A stretch of DNA of 64,000 bases. Source: Deinococcota bacterium. GTDB lineage: Bacteria > Deinococcota > Deinococci > Deinococcales > Thermaceae. Shown one piece after another: positions 58,141-64,000 of the stretch. The notes beneath the pieces are model-generated. The model made no database searches, was not told the DNA's origin, and was given only the letters and a program-made list of their open reading frames with translations. How positions within the stretch are numbered: position 1 is the stretch's first letter; every line of letters starts with the position of its first letter. The translations under genes and the position numbers were made by a program. Where the stretch lies: positions 1 through 64,000 of the forward strand of contig JBGFRI010000030.1 in NCBI GenBank assembly GCA_041695225.1, read 5' to 3'.

Positions 58141-58618
58141 ACCAGATTTACTCCAGCCTGGTTAGGAATTAGTCTTAATTCGTGTAATCATTACAATATG
58201 CCGAGGTCACCGTGAACCAGGTGAAGGGTCTGATGTAAGTTACTGCACTGAGTTCACCTGGCCCTGGTATAGCCGATATTTCGGCAAGGGCGGCACACCC
58301 CACGACCCTGGCCGTGGTCTTCGGGAAAGCAGCCCAGAGCATCTCAGCGGAAATTGGGCCTACGAACCTCTTCTGGACTGCTTCGTCGGCCCAAGGTCCT
58401 CCTCGCAGTGACGAGGGAGGTGCCTGGGGCCTCGTCGCACTTATGCTCTCCACGCTGTTTTGTTGGGTACGGTCTTTCCTTAGGCTGGTATCAGGATGAA
58501 ATTTCGGTAATGTTGTAAGGGCTTTAGCGGCCGGTTCCACCTTTACCAAGAGAGCCTGTGCTTAATAACGCAGGTCGCTGCAGGAACTTGGGTTAGACTA
58601 TTCGCAGAATTTTTGTGT

Positions 58619-59896
58619 ATGTCCACTCTAGTATTGACCAACAACCCCGCCTTCCTGAGGGCTAAAGGCCGCCTCCGGTGGGTGTTGTTCTATGCCTGGC
58701 ACGGCCTGGGAATGCTACTGATTACGATGCTGGCTGCCTGGGTAGCCTGGGACACCTGGCGTTTTTGGACCCTTTACGAGGGCCAGATTCTGGTACCTGC
58801 GGCCCTGCTGGCCTACGGGGTTGCTCTTTTTAGCACCCGCAGGCTTCTGGCGCTGGTGGGCGCCAACGCACTGCTAACCACACTGGTCAGCATCGGTGTG
58901 GCCTTTGTGCTCTTGATAACTATTCTGGCCATGGGCCGCTTTTACTACTCGCGCAGTTTCTTGCTTGTGGCTTTTGTCGGGTTTTTTCTGTGGCAGTGGC
59001 TGGGCTGGCGCTGGCTGGCGCTGGCCCGGCCCCGAATCGGGCTGATACCCGGTGGGCTGGCCAACAGCCTGCTGGGCCTGAAGGGCGCGGAATGGGTGAG
59101 CCTCGAGAGGCCCGGACCGGCATCGGGCCTGGATGGGGTGGCCGCCGATCTGCACATACCTCACCAGGCCGAGTGGGTGCGCTTTATGGCCGAGTGCAGC
59201 CTGTACCGGGTCCCCATATACCACGCGGCAGCGGTCTACGAACTGCTCACCGGCAAGGTTTCGCTGCCCCACCACTCCGAAGAGCTGATGGAGGCCATTC
59301 AGCTTCCACCGTTTTACCCTACCCTAAAGCGCATGGTAGACCTGGCCGGCGTAGTGCTTTTGCTGCCCCTAATTCTACCAATGGCCGCAGTGTTGGCTGT
59401 GCTGATACGGCTGGAATCTGCCGGGCCAGTGCTGTTTTTCCAGGAGCGCGTGGGACAGGGAGGCAGAACCTTCCGCATGGTAAAGTTTCGCAGCATGTAC
59501 ATGCAGGCCGATAACTCGGTGGCCCGATTTGCCGACAATGGCGATGGCCGGGTTACCCGGGTTGGAAAGTGCCTGCGCAAGTTCCGGTTCGACGAGATTC
59601 CTCAGCTCTGGAATGTGCTCAAAGGCGAGATGAGCATTGTCGGACCTCGCCCAGAGCAGGTCTGGTTTGCCCGGCAGTTCGAAGCCGAAATTCCTTTTTA
59701 TGCCTACCGGCACCTGGTTAAGCCTGGCATAACCGGCTGGGCCCAGGTTAATCAGGGCTATGCGGCCAACTCTACCGAGACCCGCGAAAAGCTTGCCTAC
59801 GACCTCTTTTACATCAAGCACCTGTCGCTGTGGCTCGACACCGCGATTTTACTCAAAACCATCCGAATTGTGCTCACCGGCTTTGGGGCTAGATAG
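58619..59896 (+). CDS. Priming undecaprenyl-phosphate sugar transferase (WcaJ/WbaP family)
   Basis: KRMVD, FFQERVG, KFRSM, RVTRVG, DEIPQLWNVLKGEMSIVGPRPE, KPGITGWAQV. Confidence 0.93.
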   Translation: MSTLVLTNNPAFLRAKGRLRWVLFYAWHGLGMLLITMLAAWVAWDTWRFWTLYEGQILVPAALLAYGVALFSTRRLLALVGANALLTTLVSIGVAFVLLITILAMGRFYYSRSFLLVAFVGFFLWQWLGWRWLALARPRIGLIPGGLANSLLGLKGAEWVSLERPGPASGLDGVAADLHIPHQAEWVRFMAECSLYRVPIYHAAAVYELLTGKVSLPHHSEELMEAIQLPPFYPTLKRMVDLAGVVLLLPLILPMAAVLAVLIRLESAGPVLFFQERVGQGGRTFRMVKFRSMYMQADNSVARFADNGDGRVTRVGKCLRKFRFDEIPQLWNVLKGEMSIVGPRPEQVWFARQFEAEIPFYAYRHLVKPGITGWAQVNQGYAANSTETREKLAYDLFYIKHLSLWLDTAILLKTIRIVLTGFGAR

Positions 59897-61500
59897 TGGT
59901 TCAACTGGTAAAAAAGCACAACCTGTCGCGCATGGCTCTGGGCCTTCCCTTTCTGGCCCTAGCATTCTTCCCCGAGTTCTTTGCCCTGGCAGCTCTGGCA
60001 ATTGTGCTATATCTGTGGCTGGTAAGGCGAGAGAAACCCCTGTGGCTGGGCTTCTTTATCGCCCAGGCGGTGCTGTGGTCGGCTGCCCACTGGCTGGCCG
60101 GCCAGCAGACCGAACCTGCGCCTACCCCCAAAGCGGGGGAAACGGCAGCCCTGCGGAATCTGATTCCTGCGCACGGCTGGGCTGACCTCCACGGCTGGAA
60201 CCCCCAGGACCAGGCTGGCCCCTGGGCAGTCCGGCAGCCCGATGGCTTCTGGCGTGTAGAACGCCGGCATCCTGCATCTGGCAGGCCGTTTGCAGAGATA
60301 CGCTCGAGTCAGTTTTACCAGGTTGAAGCAGGCAGTACCCACACCCTGAGCTTCCTTTTCCGCCACGACGGTAGGCAGGTGTCATTCAGTCTCAATTTTT
60401 ATACCCCTGGCTCTCCCCAGCCGGTTCCGGCCCATATCGCAGACCTGGGGGGCGGTCTTTACCGGGCCTATGCGACCTACCAGGCGCCTGAAGATGGGCA
60501 GATACGGGTTCCCAGCCTGGTGAACCTGGAGGGGGACTGGAGCTACCTCGAGATTGGCTATGTCCAGCTCGAGCCTGGCCCGGTGGCCAATGCCTATGTC
60601 CCTCACCGGCCCCCGGAGCAAGACTGGCTTAACGGTCTGGGCTGGGCCATCGGCACACCCCTGCTGGCCATGATAATACTGCAAGCTGGGCGCTTTTTGA
60701 TTGCCGCCCTAGGGCCGGCCCGAGTGGCGTGGTTTCTACTGGCGGGGCTGGCCCTTCATGCTGCTTATGGCCTTTTTCAGTACCTGGCCGACCCCGCTCT
60801 GGCCCCAGCCAGGGTGATGGGGCACGATCCCAACCCCAATCACTTTGGACATGCGGGCGTTGCAATGGCTCTGTTGATCGTACTGCTGGCAGGTTTTCGC
60901 ACTGGAGTCTGGGCGGCAGTGGTGGCGGGCCTGATGGTCTTTCTGTCGGGCAGCAGAACCGCGCTGGTGGGCTGGATGCTGCTGGTAGCGTGGTTTGGCA
61001 TTGGTTTTGCTCGCAGACTCACCGTCTTTCATCTGGCGCTGGTGGCTCTGGTGGGGGCTATCTTGCTGGGGTCGCAGATGCCCCGCTTTGCCGATTTGGC
61101 CGTAAATTTGACCGATCAAACCCGGTGGGTAATCTACTCCACCCTGTGGCAGGGCTTTTTATCGCAGCCCTGGTATGGAATGGGTATTGGCAGCATCCCG
61201 GCCTACTTTTTGCTAAACCGCCCCCCGGAGACCCTCGAGATCTATCTTCCTCACGCGCATAATGTGTACATCCAGCTTCTGGCCGAGCTGGGCCTGCTGG
61301 GCTTGCTCGGGTTTGTGCTGGTACTGGCTAAGGTGGCGCAGCTTTTCTGGCAGGCCCGGGCCTGGCAAGCATTCCTGGCGCTTGGCATCGTGCTGAGCAT
61401 GAACCTTTTTGACAACACCCTGTTCTATGCAGGTGTATATTACAGTGTCTGGCTGATGGTAGCAGCGGCACATGTTCAACTTGATAGGATGACAAGATGA
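59896..61500 (+). CDS. O-antigen ligase family protein with an inserted soluble beta-rich domain
   Basis: NPNHFG, SGSRTA, PWYGMG, HAHNVY; ~170-aa aromatic-rich insert after the N-terminal TMs. Confidence 0.8.
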   Translation: MVQLVKKHNLSRMALGLPFLALAFFPEFFALAALAIVLYLWLVRREKPLWLGFFIAQAVLWSAAHWLAGQQTEPAPTPKAGETAALRNLIPAHGWADLHGWNPQDQAGPWAVRQPDGFWRVERRHPASGRPFAEIRSSQFYQVEAGSTHTLSFLFRHDGRQVSFSLNFYTPGSPQPVPAHIADLGGGLYRAYATYQAPEDGQIRVPSLVNLEGDWSYLEIGYVQLEPGPVANAYVPHRPPEQDWLNGLGWAIGTPLLAMIILQAGRFLIAALGPARVAWFLLAGLALHAAYGLFQYLADPALAPARVMGHDPNPNHFGHAGVAMALLIVLLAGFRTGVWAAVVAGLMVFLSGSRTALVGWMLLVAWFGIGFARRLTVFHLALVALVGAILLGSQMPRFADLAVNLTDQTRWVIYSTLWQGFLSQPWYGMGIGSIPAYFLLNRPPETLEIYLPHAHNVYIQLLAELGLLGLLGFVLVLAKVAQLFWQARAWQAFLALGIVLSMNLFDNTLFYAGVYYSVWLMVAAAHVQLDRMTR

Positions 61501-62507
61501 ACCCGCAGACCCAACCTCCAGCCGACGAGATAACTCTTCGGGAGTTATACCTGCTCTTTAAGAAGTGGAGCCTGACCATTCTGGCAATCGCTCTGGGATC
61601 GGCAGTGCTGGCCTTTACGGTAAGCCAGCTACTGCCCCGAACCTACACCAGCCAGGTTGTGGTCAGCCTGAGTCTGGTAGGCCAGCCCAACCAGGGCTTG
61701 CGCAGCGATCAAGACTTACGTAACAACCAGGGCTTGCTCCCGGACCAAGTCTTGCTCAACAACCGACCTTCGCTGCCCGGGCTGGCCCAGGGCTTTGTGG
61801 ATCTACAAAACACCCGGCTAATGGCCGAGAAGCTCGAGGTTGCCGACCCCACCCAGTTTTACAGCGTTCGATTTGACGAAAAGCGCGGACTACTTCTTCT
61901 TACAGCCCAGGGCCAGACCGCAGCCGAGGCCAAGGCCCGGGCTGAGCGTATCCTTGTTGTGGCACGCGAATATCTGGAGAATAAGATTGCCGAGGCTGTG
62001 CGTTCCAATATTCGTGCCGCCCAGGCCCAGGCCCAGATAAACCTGCGGGCTGCCCAAGACGGGCTTAGGGGCATACAGGCACAGCTTCGGACTGAGCCAG
62101 ACCTGGTGGCTGTGAACCCAGCCCTGGTTGCTGCACTTGTAGCTCGTGGCAGTGATCCTCAGGCTGTACGACCGGTCAACCCAGCCTTCACCAGCCTTAG
62201 CCTCGACGAGTCGCGCCTGCGCTCCCAGATTGCCCAACTCGAGCCCCGCATCAATTTGCTGACTGAATTCTTGCAGCAACCTGAGCGCATCGGTCAGCTA
62301 GTGAGCCAGGCTCTGCTGATACAGGTGCTGGTACCACCGGCAGAGCCGCTTGGCCCTACCTCTCCCCGGCCATTGCTTTTTGCGGTTATTGGCGGGGTTT
62401 TGGGGCTGTTGCTCGGGGTTCTGTGGGCTTCTGTGGCCGAGGCCATCCGGCCCCGCCAGGCCGAGCTGGTGCGTCAGCCAGCGGTGGCCGAGTCTGCCCG
62501 TGAGTGA
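61497..62507 (+). CDS. wzz: Wzz-type chain-length determinant
   Basis: DEITLREL, TM-coiled coil-TM, P..P.SPR motif. Confidence 0.82.
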   Translation: MNPQTQPPADEITLRELYLLFKKWSLTILAIALGSAVLAFTVSQLLPRTYTSQVVVSLSLVGQPNQGLRSDQDLRNNQGLLPDQVLLNNRPSLPGLAQGFVDLQNTRLMAEKLEVADPTQFYSVRFDEKRGLLLLTAQGQTAAEAKARAERILVVAREYLENKIAEAVRSNIRAAQAQAQINLRAAQDGLRGIQAQLRTEPDLVAVNPALVAALVARGSDPQAVRPVNPAFTSLSLDESRLRSQIAQLEPRINLLTEFLQQPERIGQLVSQALLIQVLVPPAEPLGPTSPRPLLFAVIGGVLGLLLGVLWASVAEAIRPRQAELVRQPAVAESARE

Positions 62508-62514
62508 AGCTACT

Positions 62515-62650
62515 TAGCGCCACGCGCTGTCGAAAGCCGAAGGTCAAAGGTCTAGAGCATTGCTGGTGGCCTTCGACTTTCGACCTTTGACATTTCTTAT
62601 TAGCGCTACGCGCTGTCGAAAGCCGAAGGTCAAAGGTCTAAAGCATTAGT
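62515..62650. repeat. Direct repeat pair with intervening inverted heptamer arm
   Basis: TTAGCGC.ACGCGCTGTCGAAAGCCGAAGGTCAAAGGTCTA.AGCATT twice; CCTTCGACTTTCGACCTTTGAC between. Confidence 0.8.
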
Positions 62651-62718
62651 AGCAACGGCCCATAAAGTTAAAGTACTCTGTGAGAGGTTGTGGGTCTTTA
62701 GTAGTTTTGAGGTGAGTT

Positions 62719-64000
62719 ATGGTCGCGGTTATTCTTTCCGGTGGGGCCGGCACGCGCTTGTGGCCGGTCTCGAGGGAGCTTTACCCCAAACCTTTCATGA
62801 AGCTGCCGGATGGGCAGAGTCTGCTGCAAAAAGCTTTTCTGCGTGCGGCCGGAGTAGGGGCTTCTCAGGTGCTCACGGTTATCGGCCAGGAATACTATTT
62901 CGGTGCGGACCACGAGTACCGGGCTCTGGGGCTGCCGGAGGTAGAGACTTCTTTCATTTTGGAACCGCTGCGCCGCAACACCGCGCCGGCCATCGCCATG
63001 GCGGCCTTGTGGGTGGCCGAGCAGAACCCCGACCAGGCGATGCTGGTGCTCTCGGCGGACCATCAGATATTGCACCAGGAGGTCTTTGCCCAGGCCGTAG
63101 CACACGCCCAGCTGGTTGCCGGGCAAGGGTACCTGGTAACTTTTGGCGTCCGGCCCACCTACCCTGCTACCAATTTTGGCTACATTGAACAGGGAACCCC
63201 GCTGAGCGAGTCTGTTTATCGAGTAGCTCGCTTTGTGGAAAAGCCCAGCCGCGATACGGCCCAGAGCTACCTGGAGACCGGGCGGCACTACTGGAATGCC
63301 GGCATCTTCTGCTTCAAAGCCGCGGCCTACCTGGAAGCCCTGCAAGAGTTACAGCCGCAGATGTACCAGGCCGTGCTGGACTGCTGGCGTGGCGCCGAAA
63401 AGGGTAGGGTCACCTATCTGGATGCCGCCCTGTTCAAAAAAGTGCCCGGCGAGTCGGTGGACTATGCCGTGATGGAGAGGGCCGAGCGAGTAGCGGTGGT
63501 GCCCGCCGACCTGGGCTGGAGCGACCTGGGCTCCTGGGATGCCGCCGCCGAGCTGGTGCCCCCCGATGCCCAGGGCAACCGGGTGTTTGGCCAGGCGGTG
63601 CTGCTCGAGACCAGCAACACCTTTGTCCAGACCGAAGACCGGCTGGTAGCGGTAATTGCCGCCAACGACCTGGTGATTGTGGATACCCGCGACGCCCTGC
63701 TGGTGGCCCGGCGCGACAAGGTGCAGGAGGTGAAAAAGGTGGTAGAACAGCTCGCCCAGCAAAACCACCACACGGTGCTGCGCCACCGCACCATCCAGCG
63801 CCCCTGGGGCAGCTATGTGACGCTGGAAGAGACCAGTGGCTTCAAAATTCGGCGGGTGGTGGTCAGGCCCGGTCAGGCCCTCTCTAACCACCTGCACCAT
63901 CACCGCAGCGAACACTGGACGGTGCTGGCCGGCACGGCCCAGGTCTGGATAGATGGCCGGGTGCAGATGCTAAGGCACGGTGAGTCGGCCAGCGCGCTGG
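62719..64000 (+). CDS. manC: Mannose-1-phosphate guanylyltransferase / mannose-6-phosphate isomerase, truncated by window end
   Basis: MVAVILSGGAGTRLWPVSRELYPKPF, EPLRRNTAPA, FVEKP, WNAGIF, WSDLGSW, RPWG, HHHRSEHW. Confidence 0.95.
   Translation, partial: MVAVILSGGAGTRLWPVSRELYPKPFMKLPDGQSLLQKAFLRAAGVGASQVLTVIGQEYYFGADHEYRALGLPEVETSFILEPLRRNTAPAIAMAALWVAEQNPDQAMLVLSADHQILHQEVFAQAVAHAQLVAGQGYLVTFGVRPTYPATNFGYIEQGTPLSESVYRVARFVEKPSRDTAQSYLETGRHYWNAGIFCFKAAAYLEALQELQPQMYQAVLDCWRGAEKGRVTYLDAALFKKVPGESVDYAVMERAERVAVVPADLGWSDLGSWDAAAELVPPDAQGNRVFGQAVLLETSNTFVQTEDRLVAVIAANDLVIVDTRDALLVARRDKVQEVKKVVEQLAQQNHHTVLRHRTIQRPWGSYVTLEETSGFKIRRVVVRPGQALSNHLHHHRSEHWTVLAGTAQVWIDGRVQMLRHGESASAL

Noticed and set aside
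25100..58200. Prophage, ICE or true integron as explanation of the TA cluster
   Set aside because: No integrase, phage or conjugation genes and no series of complete attC sites in the window.
58175..58549. 124-aa minus-strand ORF
   Set aside because: No recognisable motif or start signal; could be a gene relic but cannot be supported.

Overview
High-GC bacterial DNA whose gene content and style suggest Deinococcus-Thermus, probably Meiothermus-like (inference). It has three zones. (1) 1-10.1 kb is a minus-strand defence operon: SNF2 helicase, a 64-aa ORF, a Rad50/SMC-like ABC ATPase with zinc hook and C-terminal HEPN-like domain, an XRE/PIN toxin-antitoxin (TA) pair, a small GIY-YIG nuclease, and type III mod and res. 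mod is enclosed by oppositely oriented arrays of REP-like palindromes. (2) 10.3-25.1 kb is mostly housekeeping (gabT, amidase, glpK, queA, LysM/M23), plus a candidate 6S-like RNA, a four-helix-bundle cassette bounded by inverted repeats, and an IS remnant. (3) 25.1-64 kb is a surface-polysaccharide locus (AT-richer GT/epimerase/wzy/wzx block, frameshifted wzc, priming sugar transferase, ligase, wzz, manC). It is interleaved with roughly 20 intact or decayed TA modules (MNT-HEPN, PIN, DUF4258/BrnT-like) separated by repeated stubs of polysaccharide genes. The most striking unexplained signal is a family of fixed-length 42-bp insertions with an AT target duplication. It occurs 7 times at 5 independent sites, and removing it restores interrupted reading frames.
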